From: Chthoniobacteraceae bacterium
Lineage (GTDB): Bacteria; Verrucomicrobiota; Verrucomicrobiia; Chthoniobacterales; Chthoniobacteraceae
DNA: 64,000 nucleotides
Direction: 5' to 3'
NCBI GenBank assembly: GCA_040081625.1
Contig: JBEBGD010000001.1
Coordinates: 64,001 to 128,000 of the forward strand
Positions 1-8,728 of the stretch are shown one piece after another (position 1 is the first letter of the stretch; the number at the start of each line of letters is the position of its first letter). Under the pieces are notes generated by a model that did no database searches, was not told the origin of the DNA, and saw nothing but the letters and a program-made list of their open reading frames with translations. The position numbers and the translations under genes are program-made.

Positions 1-151
1 GGAGCGTGGTGCCGTCGGGCAGTTCCATCCGCAGGTAGCCCTCGTGCATCTGCGCGAAGACTTCGAGGATGAGCCGTTGGTAGAAGGTCGGTCGCGGGCG
101 GACGCCGTCTCCTGCGAGCAGTTGGGCAATGGTCAGCGTGGTCTCATTCAT
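1..151 (-). CDS. Probable cyclopropane-fatty-acyl-phospholipid synthase/SAM methyltransferase, N-terminus only (runs off the window)
   Basis: Manual translation from ATG at 151: MNETTLTIAQLLAGDGVRPRPTFYQRLILEVFAQMHEGYLRMELPDGTTL. The G-x-L-x-x-x-LPDG pattern is typical of long Cfa N-termini. Start overlaps the DUF1365 stop, matching the usual oxidoreductase-DUF1365-cfa order. Confidence 0.65.
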   Translation of the reverse strand, partial: MNETTLTIAQLLAGDGVRPRPTFYQRLILEVFAQMHEGYLRMELPDGTTL

Positions 152-947
152 GGGCGTTTAGCGATTTGTGCGGGTGGAAAACGTCGCGCTGCAGATGCGC
201 GTTGGCGGCCTTGCGATGCCACGGCAGGCGCTTGAGCCAAAGTCGAAACGCGTGCCAGTGGATGAGCGCGATGACGCGCAGCGTGATGAGCGGATACTTG
301 AGCGTGAACCACGCGAGCTGAGCGCTGGTGAGCGGCGCGCGCGTGCCGGTGAGCGCGGTGACGAGCACGCGGCGATCTCCGGCGCGGTCGTCGATGTGAA
401 TGTCGAGTGCCTCGCCGGGACGCTTGAGCTTGAAGTCGAACGCGAGATCGAGGTCGGCGAAGGGCGAGACGTAGAAGTGCTTCGGCGTGATGAGGCGAAA
501 CGCGCCGTCCGCGCCGGGCTCGCGGAGTAGATATGGCTTCAGTTCGCGGAAGGTGTTGCCGACTTGCACGACGGCGCACAGCGGAGTGCCGGCGGTGTCT
601 TCGCAGAAGTAGAAGGAGACGGGATTGAAGATGTAGCCGAGCACGCGCGGGAGCGTGATGAGCGTGATGCGCACGTCGGCAGGAAGCGCGACGCCTTGCT
701 GCGCGACCCAGGCGACGACGTGCTCCTTCACGGTGCCGCGGTCGCCGAGTTCGGGGAGCGTGAGGTGGTCGCGGTCGCGGAATTCGTAGATGCTGCGGTG
801 ATTGCGCGCGAAGCCGAACGTGTGCTTCGCGACTGCGTCGATCTCGTCGAGGTCGAGCGCGAACATGAAGATGCGGTAGCGGAATTGATGCTCCTTCGGC
901 TCGAGGCGATGGTGCATGACGCTGCACTCGTAGAGGCAGGAGTTCAT
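144..947 (-). CDS. DUF1365 family protein
   Basis: Motifs H-x-R..H.F.Y, PRVLGYIFNPVSFYFC, V.NTF.E, K.FYVSPF and IHW.A.RLWLK. ATG at 947 overlaps the upstream stop (ATGA). Confidence 0.9.
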   Translation of the reverse strand: MNSCLYECSVMHHRLEPKEHQFRYRIFMFALDLDEIDAVAKHTFGFARNHRSIYEFRDRDHLTLPELGDRGTVKEHVVAWVAQQGVALPADVRITLITLPRVLGYIFNPVSFYFCEDTAGTPLCAVVQVGNTFRELKPYLLREPGADGAFRLITPKHFYVSPFADLDLAFDFKLKRPGEALDIHIDDRAGDRRVLVTALTGTRAPLTSAQLAWFTLKYPLITLRVIALIHWHAFRLWLKRLPWHRKAANAHLQRDVFHPHKSLNAHE

Positions 948-2200
948 GATGCCCAGATTGGTTCGCCCGTGATCGAGCGCGCGCAGTCGAGCGCGCTGGT
1001 GAAGCCGTCCTCGTGGAAGCCGTAGCGGAACCATGCGCCGGCGAAGTGCGTCGTGTCGGTGTTCAACGCCGGCAGTTCCCGCTGTGCGCGGATGGCGCCG
1101 CGGGTGAAGAGCGGGTGCTCGTATTCGATCCGGCGCAGCACTTTCTCCGGCGCGATGCGGTCGTGGCTGTTGAGCGATACGAAGTAATCCACGCGATCAC
1201 TTACGCCTTGCAGGCAGTTCATCCAGTAGTGCGTCTGCGGCGCGCCGTCGGTGTCTATGCGGTAGTTCCAGCTCGCCCAGCAGCGGCGCGTTGCGGGCAT
1301 CACGCTCGTGTCGGTGTGGACGGTCGCGGTGTTTGGCTGGTAGCGGAATTCACGCAGCAGCCGCGCCTCGTCCGCAGTCGGCGAGTCGAGCAGCGCGAGC
1401 GCCTGGTCGCCGTGGCAGGCGAGGATCACCTGGTCGAACTCGCTCACGCCGCCGCTCGCATCATGCACCTGCACCTTGCCGCCGTCGCGCGTCACGCGGG
1501 TCGCCGCGCAGCCGGTGCGGATGCGCTCGCGGAATGGAACGATCATCTTTGCCACGTAACTGCGCGCGCCGCCGCAGACGGTCCACCACTGGTGCTGCGT
1601 GTCGAGGCCGAGGAAGCCGTGGTTGTGCCAGAACCGCAGCAGCGTCGTCGCGGGGAAGGCGTCCATCTTTTCCGGCGGCGTGCTCCAGACCGCGCTGCTC
1701 ATGGGCACGAGGTAGAAGTCGAACATGTCGTCGCCATAGCCGCGCGCGGTCACGTATTCGCGCAGGCTCATGTCGGCGAAGCGCGGGTCGTCGAGCGCGG
1801 GCACGGCTTCGCGGTTGAAGCGCGCGATGGCGGCGAGCATCCGCCAGTGGCGCGGGCGGAGCAGATTGCGGCGCTGGCCAAAGAGCAGGTTCAGGCTGCC
1901 GCCGTTGTATTCGAGGCCGGTCGGCGCGTGCTGCACGGAGAAGCTCATCGCGGTCTTCTTCGTCCCGACGCCGAGCTCGCGGAAGAGCCGGCAGAGATTC
2001 GGATACGTCGCGTGATTGAAGACCATGAAGCCCGTGTCGATCGGCACCTCGCGACCGTCCTCGCTCACGACGATCGTGTTCGTGTGGCCGCCGATGTGCG
2101 CGGCCTGCTCGTAGATCGTGAGGTCGAAGCGCTCGTGGAGAAAATACGCGCATCCGAGTCCCGCGATTCCGGTGCCGATGATGGCGAGGCGCTTCTGCAT
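944..2200 (-). CDS. FAD-dependent oxidoreductase (COG2907/amine-oxidase-like; desaturase-like partner of DUF1365)
   Basis: GTGIAG Rossmann motif, GGHTNT, DTGFMVFN..TYPN, WASWNY and GFHEDG. Start placed at MQKRLAIIG. Confidence 0.9.
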   Translation of the reverse strand: MQKRLAIIGTGIAGLGCAYFLHERFDLTIYEQAAHIGGHTNTIVVSEDGREVPIDTGFMVFNHATYPNLCRLFRELGVGTKKTAMSFSVQHAPTGLEYNGGSLNLLFGQRRNLLRPRHWRMLAAIARFNREAVPALDDPRFADMSLREYVTARGYGDDMFDFYLVPMSSAVWSTPPEKMDAFPATTLLRFWHNHGFLGLDTQHQWWTVCGGARSYVAKMIVPFRERIRTGCAATRVTRDGGKVQVHDASGGVSEFDQVILACHGDQALALLDSPTADEARLLREFRYQPNTATVHTDTSVMPATRRCWASWNYRIDTDGAPQTHYWMNCLQGVSDRVDYFVSLNSHDRIAPEKVLRRIEYEHPLFTRGAIRAQRELPALNTDTTHFAGAWFRYGFHEDGFTSALDCARSITGEPIWAS

Positions 2201-2230
2201 GGGCGCGTATGAACGACCATAGAGGCGGGA

Positions 2231-2237
2231 TTGACAA
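2231..2237. promoter_or_regulatory. Putative -35 element (TTGACA on +, TTGTCA on -) in a 67-bp divergent intergenic gap
   Basis: Perfect TTGACA at 2231-2236, 37 bp upstream of the ATG at 2268. The -10 element is only weakly discernible. Confidence 0.35.
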
Positions 2238-2267
2238 GTCCGGTGCAACACGCGGCAATGCGCCCCG

Positions 2268-3185
2268 ATGAAATATCTCCTCTCCCTCACGGCGCTCCTG
2301 CTCGCCGCCGCTCCGCTCCGTGCCGCCGGCTACCCCGACGAGCTGAAGACGAACGGCTTCGTCCTCGGCTGCCAGGCTTACACGTTCAATCGCTTCACCG
2401 TCTTCGAGGCGATCGAGAAGACGGCCTACGCCGGCGGGAAGGTGATCGAGTTTTACCCCGGCCAGCGGCTATCGCCCGCGGAGCCGACTCTCACTTTCGG
2501 CCACGAGCCGGGGCGCGTGAAAGCTGGCGCAGAGGCCAAGCCGCGCCCGGCGACTGAGCCGCTCGGCGCCGACGAGGCGAAGGCCGTGTGGGACAAGGTG
2601 CTCGCGAAGTGCAAGCAGCACGGCATCACGCCCGTCGCGTATGGCGTGGTCGGCATCCCGACCGATGAGGCGCCGGCGCGGAAGATTTTCGAGTTCGCGA
2701 AGACGATGGGCATCCGCGTGATCAATACGGAGTCGGACAAGTCGATCGATATGATCGAGAAGCTGGTGAAGGAGTTCGACATCAAGGTCGGCTTTCACGA
2801 CCATCCGAAGCGGCCGAACGATGAGAGCTACCGGATGTGGGATCCGAATTACATCGTGGAGCTGACCAAGGGCCGCGATGCGCGGATCGGCTCGTGCGCG
2901 GACATCGGCCACTGGGTGCGCAGCGGGCTGAAGCCGGTCGATTGCGTGAAGATCCTCAAGGGCCGGATCGTGAGCGCGCACATCAAGGACCTCGACAAGC
3001 CGCTGCCGAGCGGCAAGGACGTGCATTGGGGCCAGGGCGTGAGCGGCGTGCCTGCGGTGCTCGATGAGTTCCGCGCGCAGGGCTTCGAGGGACCGCTGTC
3101 GGTCGAATACGAGACCAACTGGGAGACCAACGCCGAGGACGCGAAGGCGTGCATCGCGTTCGTCGCTGGCTACAAGAAGAAGTAG
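2268..3185 (+). CDS. Secreted sugar phosphate isomerase/epimerase (xylose isomerase-like TIM barrel)
   Basis: Signal peptide; CQAYTF, H-D-H, D-I-G-H-W, HIKD and S-V-E-Y-E metal-binding motifs. Confidence 0.85.
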   Translation: MKYLLSLTALLLAAAPLRAAGYPDELKTNGFVLGCQAYTFNRFTVFEAIEKTAYAGGKVIEFYPGQRLSPAEPTLTFGHEPGRVKAGAEAKPRPATEPLGADEAKAVWDKVLAKCKQHGITPVAYGVVGIPTDEAPARKIFEFAKTMGIRVINTESDKSIDMIEKLVKEFDIKVGFHDHPKRPNDESYRMWDPNYIVELTKGRDARIGSCADIGHWVRSGLKPVDCVKILKGRIVSAHIKDLDKPLPSGKDVHWGQGVSGVPAVLDEFRAQGFEGPLSVEYETNWETNAEDAKACIAFVAGYKKK

Positions 3186-3188
3186 CGT

Positions 3189-4604
3189 TTGATCCGCGTC
3201 GTCGCTTCCACCCTGTTTGCGCTCTGCGCCGCTGTCGCCGCGCAGCCGCAATGGCCGCAGTTCCGCGGGCCCGGCGGCGCGGGCGTCGCCGTGCCGAGCG
3301 ATCCGCCGGTGCGCTTCGGGCCGGAGACGGGGGTGGTGTGGAAGGTCGCGCTGCCTTCGGGACATTCGTCGCCGTGCATTTGGGGCGATCGCATTTTCCT
3401 CACGGCCTACGACGGCACGAAGCTCGAGACGCTCTGCCTGCGGCGGAGCGATGGCACGGTGCTGTGGCGGCAAGTGGCGCCGGGCGAGAGCATCGAGCCG
3501 ACGCACCGGATCGGCAGCCCGGCCTCGCCGACGGCGGCGACGGATGGCGAGCGCGTGTTCGTGTATTTCGGATCGTTCGGGCTGCTCGCTTACGACTTCG
3601 ATGGGAAGGAGCAGTGGCGCATTCCGCTGCCGCAGCCGGTCGTGGAGTTCGGCGCGTCGGCGTCGCCGGTGATCGCGGACGGGCGGGTGTTTCTCGTGTG
3701 CGACCAGGACGAAGGTTCGTTCATGCTCGCGGTCGATGCGCGCTCGGGGCGCACGCTGTGGCGCAAGGAGCGGCCCGAGTTTCGCCGCAGCTTTGCGACG
3801 CCTTTCATCTGGCGGCACGATGGGGCGGAGGAGTTGATCGTGCCCGGCTCGATCTGGCTGAAGTCCTACAACCCGAGCGACGGCGGCGAGCTGTGGACCT
3901 TCAGCGGCACGTCGCGCGTGGCGAACAGCTCGGCGGTCGCGGGCGATGGGCTGCTTTTCAGCGCGAGCTGGAATGTGGGCGGCGACGCGGACAGCCGCGT
4001 GACGATGGAGCCGTTCGAGGATTTCATGCGCGGCATCGGCAAACCCGCCGACGCGCTGCTCGCGAGGGACGACATGCCGGCCAGCCCGGTGCGCGACCGC
4101 TATTCGCAGATCGACCTGGACAAGAACGGCAAAGTGACGCGCGAGGAGTGGGAGGGGATGCGCTCGATGTTCGCCCGCGCGGGTAATGCCGCGCTCGCGC
4201 TGCGGCCCGGTGGACGCGACGAGATCAGCGCGACGCACCTCGCGTGGAAATCCACGCGCAGCCTGCCCTACGTCGCGTCGCCGCTCTACTTCGACGGGCG
4301 GCTCTATACGATCAAGAACGGCGGCCTCGCCTCGTGCTACCGGGCGAAGACGGGCGAGCCGCTCTATCAGGATCATCGCCTCGATGCGCCGGGCGATTAT
4401 TACGCGTCGCCGATCGCGGGCGGCGGGCGCATCTACCTCGCTTCGCAGAATGGCGTGATGCTCGTGCTCGCCGCGGGCGATGCGCCGACGGTGCTCGCGC
4501 GCGCGGAGTTCGGCGAGAAGATCATGGCCACGCCGGCCATCGTCGGCGACACGCTCTACGTGCGCACCGCGGGTCATCTCTACGCTTTGCGCGAAGCGCG
4601 CTAG
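3189..4604 (+). CDS. PQQ-binding-like beta-propeller protein with an EF-hand insert
   Basis: Signal peptide, WPQFRGP, repeated G..LW and SP motifs; EF-hand loop DLDKNGKVTREE. Confidence 0.85.
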   Translation: MIRVVASTLFALCAAVAAQPQWPQFRGPGGAGVAVPSDPPVRFGPETGVVWKVALPSGHSSPCIWGDRIFLTAYDGTKLETLCLRRSDGTVLWRQVAPGESIEPTHRIGSPASPTAATDGERVFVYFGSFGLLAYDFDGKEQWRIPLPQPVVEFGASASPVIADGRVFLVCDQDEGSFMLAVDARSGRTLWRKERPEFRRSFATPFIWRHDGAEELIVPGSIWLKSYNPSDGGELWTFSGTSRVANSSAVAGDGLLFSASWNVGGDADSRVTMEPFEDFMRGIGKPADALLARDDMPASPVRDRYSQIDLDKNGKVTREEWEGMRSMFARAGNAALALRPGGRDEISATHLAWKSTRSLPYVASPLYFDGRLYTIKNGGLASCYRAKTGEPLYQDHRLDAPGDYYASPIAGGGRIYLASQNGVMLVLAAGDAPTVLARAEFGEKIMATPAIVGDTLYVRTAGHLYALREAR

Positions 4605-4622
4605 CCCCTACTCTCCGCCGCG

Positions 4623-6011
4623 ATGAGCACTTCGGAATTCCCAACGCCATGGCAGCGCAAGACGCTGTGGAGCGCCGCGGCTGCGCTTGCAGTCGTGCTC
4701 ATCGGCGCGATCGGCGTGGGGCTCGTGTGGCTGATCTCGCACGTGCTCGGCTTCCTCCAGCCCATCCTCATCCCATTCGCGGTCGCGGGCGTGCTCGCGT
4801 ATTTGTTCGATCCGGTCGTCGGGCGCATTCAGCGCTGGGGCACTTCGCGGCGGCGCGCGGTTGCCGCGGTGTTTGCGGTCGTCACGCTCGGGTTCATCGG
4901 CATCGCGCTGTGGATCGTGCCCGCCATTTCCTCGCAGACCGGGCGGCTGATCCGGCGCGTGCCCGTCTATGCCGAGCGGGTGAAGACGCTCACGCTCGAG
5001 TTTGCGCATCAGGTCCAGGAGCGGACGGGTTTCGAGATCTTCCCCGAGCTGCCGCCGTCGCCGGAGCCGCCGAAGGATCTGCCGCGCCAGCTCAAGGAAG
5101 TGCCGCCGCCCGGCGCACCCGTCGAGCCGATCGAGAAGGTGGAGCCCGGGCCCCTCATCGCGATCCCGCCGGTGGAGATCGCAAAGGTCGCCAGCGCGGA
5201 CATGGACTGGCAGCAGTTCGTCTCCGGCAAATGGGTGCAGACCACGCTGCCCGCGCTGCTCGCGAAGCTCTGGCACTTCATCACATCGAGCGTCGGCGGC
5301 TTCCTCGGCGTCTTCGGCTTCCTGCTCTCGATGGTCATCGTGCCGGTCTATCTCTGGTATCTGCTCGTCGAGAGCCCGAAGATCGCCACGAGCTGGGGCG
5401 ACTACGTGCCGCTGACCAAAAGCGCCTTCAAGGACGAGGTCGTCGGCACCATCGGCGAGATCAACGGCTACCTCATCGCCTTCTTCCGCGGCCAGCTCCT
5501 CGTCTCGCTCGTCAACGGCACCGCCACCGGCATCGGCCTCATGATCATCGGGCTCGACTTCGGTCTGCTCATCGGGCTGCTGCTTTGTGTGATGGGGCTC
5601 ATCCCCTACCTCGGCATCGCGCTGTGCTGGATCCCCGCCGTCATCATCGCGAGCGTGCAGCAGGGCGGCACTTGGCTGCCCACCGACCACTGGTGGGTTT
5701 TCCCGCTCGTCGTCAGCGGCATCTTCGCCATCGTGCAGCAGCTCGACGCCCTCTTCCTCACCCCGAAGATCGTCGGTGAAAGCGTCGGCCTTCACCCGAT
5801 GACGGTCATCTTCTCGGTCTTCTCATGGTCGCTGCTCATGGGCGGCCTGCTCGGCGCCATCCTCGCCGTGCCGATGACGGCCACGCTCAAGGTGCTCCTT
5901 CGCCGCTACATTTGGGAAAAGCGCATCCTCGCCGAGCAGCGCAGCGCTTCCGGGGAAGGCGGGACTTCGCCGCCTGCGGAAGAGCCAGGCCAGGTTATCG
6001 TCACCCCATGA
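4623..6011 (+). CDS. AI-2E family transporter
   Basis: P..VAGVLAYLFDP.V, FFRGQL, IPYLG, PKIVGESVGLHP and GGLLGAILAVP; multiple TM helices. Confidence 0.9.
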   Translation: MSTSEFPTPWQRKTLWSAAAALAVVLIGAIGVGLVWLISHVLGFLQPILIPFAVAGVLAYLFDPVVGRIQRWGTSRRRAVAAVFAVVTLGFIGIALWIVPAISSQTGRLIRRVPVYAERVKTLTLEFAHQVQERTGFEIFPELPPSPEPPKDLPRQLKEVPPPGAPVEPIEKVEPGPLIAIPPVEIAKVASADMDWQQFVSGKWVQTTLPALLAKLWHFITSSVGGFLGVFGFLLSMVIVPVYLWYLLVESPKIATSWGDYVPLTKSAFKDEVVGTIGEINGYLIAFFRGQLLVSLVNGTATGIGLMIIGLDFGLLIGLLLCVMGLIPYLGIALCWIPAVIIASVQQGGTWLPTDHWWVFPLVVSGIFAIVQQLDALFLTPKIVGESVGLHPMTVIFSVFSWSLLMGGLLGAILAVPMTATLKVLLRRYIWEKRILAEQRSASGEGGTSPPAEEPGQVIVTP

Positions 6012-6400
6012 ATCCCGAACTTCCCAAGCCCGCCGGCTCCCGACGCGAGATGCTCGTCAGCCTCGTGTGCGGCCTCGCCGTGCTCGGCTTCGTCATTTAC
6101 GGCATCATGCACATGGGCGGTCAGCAGGAGATCTCGAGCACGAACACGCTCACCGGCAAAGTCGTCGGTCGCAAATTCACCCCGCAGAAGGAAGAGCAAC
6201 TCACCATCGGTCGTGGCGGATTAAAGGGCGCGCAACTCGCCGGCGAATACGTCTTCACCGTCCGGGTCGATAGCGAAGACCGCACGTTCGAGGTTCCCGT
6301 CGATGCCGCCACCTACGAAGCCGTGCGCGACGGAGCCAACTTCACCTTCATGCGCCCGCGCAGCGAGCAGGAGAAAGTTTACCCGACGCCCGCGCCCTGA
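6008..6400 (+). CDS. Hypothetical single-TM membrane protein with beta-rich C-terminal domain
   Basis: ATG overlaps the AI-2E stop (ATGA); one hydrophobic helix; protein-like composition. Confidence 0.7.
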   Translation: MNPELPKPAGSRREMLVSLVCGLAVLGFVIYGIMHMGGQQEISSTNTLTGKVVGRKFTPQKEEQLTIGRGGLKGAQLAGEYVFTVRVDSEDRTFEVPVDAATYEAVRDGANFTFMRPRSEQEKVYPTPAP

Positions 6401-6433
6401 TCCGGCTTCAGTGCGGAAAGCGCACGATCGGCT

Positions 6434-6682
6434 TTACGTCCGGCCGATGATCCAGAGCGCCGCGCACGGGGCGACGTTGAACAGAAGAATGCCGATCTTG
6501 TAGATCGCCATCCGCCCATAGTGGATCGTGTCGAACTGCTCCGGCGAGATCCGGAACCACCGGCTGTGAAGCCGATACATCCACTCGCGCCCGAGCGTGA
6601 AGGCCGCGAACCAGACCAGCAACGCGCCGAAATTCACCACGGCGCACCAGAGGAAGAAGTCCCGAAGCAGGGCTGTATTCAT
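6434..6682 (-). CDS. Small two-TM membrane protein (DUF6868-like)
   Basis: FFLWC..VN.G.LLVWF...H.RWF.IS.EQFD.IHY..MA.YKI..L.FN..P pattern. Confidence 0.75.
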   Translation of the reverse strand: MNTALLRDFFLWCAVVNFGALLVWFAAFTLGREWMYRLHSRWFRISPEQFDTIHYGRMAIYKIGILLFNVAPCAALWIIGRT

Positions 6683-6747
6683 AAGTGGAGCCTCCGCCCG
6701 TCCGCGTTCCGAGTCCAACGCTCACGCGGCCCAGCGTCGCCTCCGGC

Positions 6748-7113
6748 CTACGCCGAGAAACTCTCGCCGCACGAGCAGTGCGCGGCCGCGTGCGGATTGG
6801 TCACCTTGAAGCCGCCCTTCTGCAGATCGTCGCTGAAATCCAGTTCGCTGCCGCTCACGAAAAGCGCGCTCTTCGGGTCGATCACCACGCGCACGCCATT
6901 GCTCTCGATGAGGATGTCCCGATTCGCCGGGCCATCCACGAGATCCATCTTATATTGCAGCCCCGAGCAACCTCCGCCGATCACCGCCACGCGCAGCGCG
7001 CCCTGCGGTCGCCCCTGCCGCGTGAGCAGCGAGGAGAGCTTCGCGCCGGCTTTCTCCGAGAGCTTCAGCAGCTTCTCGTTGCCGATCTTGATGGTGGGTG
7101 CGGCGGTCGTCAT
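6748..7113 (-). CDS. iscA: Iron-sulfur cluster assembly accessory protein (IscA/ErpA/HesB family)
   Basis: GGGCSG.QY and C-terminal CSCGESF motifs. Confidence 0.9.
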   Translation of the reverse strand: MTTAAPTIKIGNEKLLKLSEKAGAKLSSLLTRQGRPQGALRVAVIGGGCSGLQYKMDLVDGPANRDILIESNGVRVVIDPKSALFVSGSELDFSDDLQKGGFKVTNPHAAAHCSCGESFSA

Positions 7114-7685
7114 GGCGTGTCGAGCGCGCCCTCGAAGACGTCGCGGAGCGCGAGTTGCACTTCGACTTCGGGGAAGGGGAGCACGGCGTCGAGCCCCGCA
7201 TACTCCTCCCGCGTGAAGCCGATCGGCGCGCGCCGCCACACGATCGCGGCCGCGCGCTCCTGCTCGACGACCACGTAGGCGGCCATCGACGGGATCGAGC
7301 AATACGCGACCCGCTTCTCCTGCTCGTCGGTGCGCCGCGTCGAGTCGCTGACGACCTCGAAGACCACGACGGGCTCATCCTGAAACGCGTCGTCGAGAGG
7401 ATTCTGGCGACAGACGATCTGCGCGTCGGGGTAGTAAAAGCGGATGTCCTCGAAGCGGCGCAGACGCACCTTCGTGTCGGAGTTGAACGGCTGGCAGTTC
7501 TTGCCGCGAAGCTGCGCTCCGATCGCGACGACGATGTTCGTCGCGATCCGGTTGTGCCGGTTGCCCGCGCCCGCCATCCCATACACCACGCCGCAGAGAT
7601 ACTCGTGCTTCTGCGTCGAGGCGCGCTCGGCCGCGAGGTAGTCCTCGACGGTGACGAGTTGGTCTTGGGCAGCTTCGGCGGTCAT
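7110..7685 (-). CDS. Uma2 family (PD-(D/E)xK-like) endonuclease
   Basis: EDYLA.E.....KHEY..G..Y.MAG....H, YYPD, EV.S.ST...D..EK...Y. Confidence 0.9.
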   Translation of the reverse strand: MTAEAAQDQLVTVEDYLAAERASTQKHEYLCGVVYGMAGAGNRHNRIATNIVVAIGAQLRGKNCQPFNSDTKVRLRRFEDIRFYYPDAQIVCRQNPLDDAFQDEPVVVFEVVSDSTRRTDEQEKRVAYCSIPSMAAYVVVEQERAAAIVWRRAPIGFTREEYAGLDAVLPFPEVEVQLALRDVFEGALDTP

Positions 7686-7710
7686 TGGTGGGGAGTCTAA
7701 GCGCGCGTCC

Positions 7711-8688
7711 TCACGCGGCAAGGGCCGGCTCCGCGAGATGTGCCGCCGCGATGTCCTCCACCTCCGCCACGCTCGCCACCCGCGCGAAACGCTCCCGCAG
7801 CCGCTTCGCCTCCGCCATGCCGCGCGAGTAGTGCATGAGCTGCGTGCGCATCGACTGGAGCGCGTGCAGCTCGCTGCCGCGCTGCGCGACCTCGCGCCGG
7901 CAATGCTCGATGATGTGCGCCCACTGCGCCTCCGGCGGCGGCGGTGCGAGCAGCTCGCCCGTCGCGAGGAAGTGCTTGATCTCCCGGAAAATCCACGGCG
8001 CGCACATCGCCGCGCGCCCGAGCATCACGCCGCGCACCCCCGTGGCCATGCGCCGCTTCACATCCTGCGGCGTCGCGAGGTCGCCATTGCCGATGACGGG
8101 GATGCGCACCGCTGCCGCGACCTGCGCGATCACTTCCCAATCCGCCTCGCCGCCATAGCCCTGCGCCTTCGTGCGCCCATGCACCGCGATCGCCTGCACG
8201 CCCGCATCCTCGAGCAGCCGCGCGGTCGTCGTGGCATTGATCGTCTCCTCGCACCAGCCGATGCGGATCTTCGCCGTGACCGGGAAAGGCGCGACCGCCT
8301 TCACCACGCTGCTCGCGACTCGTTCGAGCAGCGGGCAATCGCGCAGCAGCGCCGAGCCGCCGTTCTTGCTCACGACCTTGTTCACCGGGCATCCGAAGTT
8401 CAGGTCGAGGAAATCGGGTTTCTTCCAATCGAGCACGATGCGCGCGGCCTCGCCGAGGTGCTCCGGGTCCCCGCCAAAGAGCTGCACGCCGAGCGGCCGC
8501 TCCGCCTCGACGAAATCGAGATACTCCATCGTGTGTTCATTGCGCCGGAAGATCCCCTCCGCGCTCACGAACTCGGTCACCATCACGTCCACGCCATACG
8601 GCTTCGCGAGCTGGCGGAAGACCGTGTCGGTCACCCCCGCCATCGGCGCGAGATAGAGTGGAAATTGATCGTGAAACCAAGGCAGCAT
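7711..8688 (-). CDS. dusB: tRNA dihydrouridine synthase
   Basis: LAPMAGVTD..FR, DLNFGCP, K.RIGW, HGRT, IGNGD, GVMLGR. Confidence 0.92.
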   Translation of the reverse strand: MLPWFHDQFPLYLAPMAGVTDTVFRQLAKPYGVDVMVTEFVSAEGIFRRNEHTMEYLDFVEAERPLGVQLFGGDPEHLGEAARIVLDWKKPDFLDLNFGCPVNKVVSKNGGSALLRDCPLLERVASSVVKAVAPFPVTAKIRIGWCEETINATTTARLLEDAGVQAIAVHGRTKAQGYGGEADWEVIAQVAAAVRIPVIGNGDLATPQDVKRRMATGVRGVMLGRAAMCAPWIFREIKHFLATGELLAPPPPEAQWAHIIEHCRREVAQRGSELHALQSMRTQLMHYSRGMAEAKRLRERFARVASVAEVEDIAAAHLAEPALAA

Positions 8689-8728
8689 CGGTCCGCGATG
8701 GTAGCGGGCTTTCGCGCATCCGCCAGCG

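Noticed and set aside
7110..7685. Uma2 (together with the HAD and TatD genes) as part of an anti-phage defence island
   Set aside because: The genes are scattered among housekeeping genes, with no methylase, ATPase, toxin-antitoxin or mobility genes alongside.
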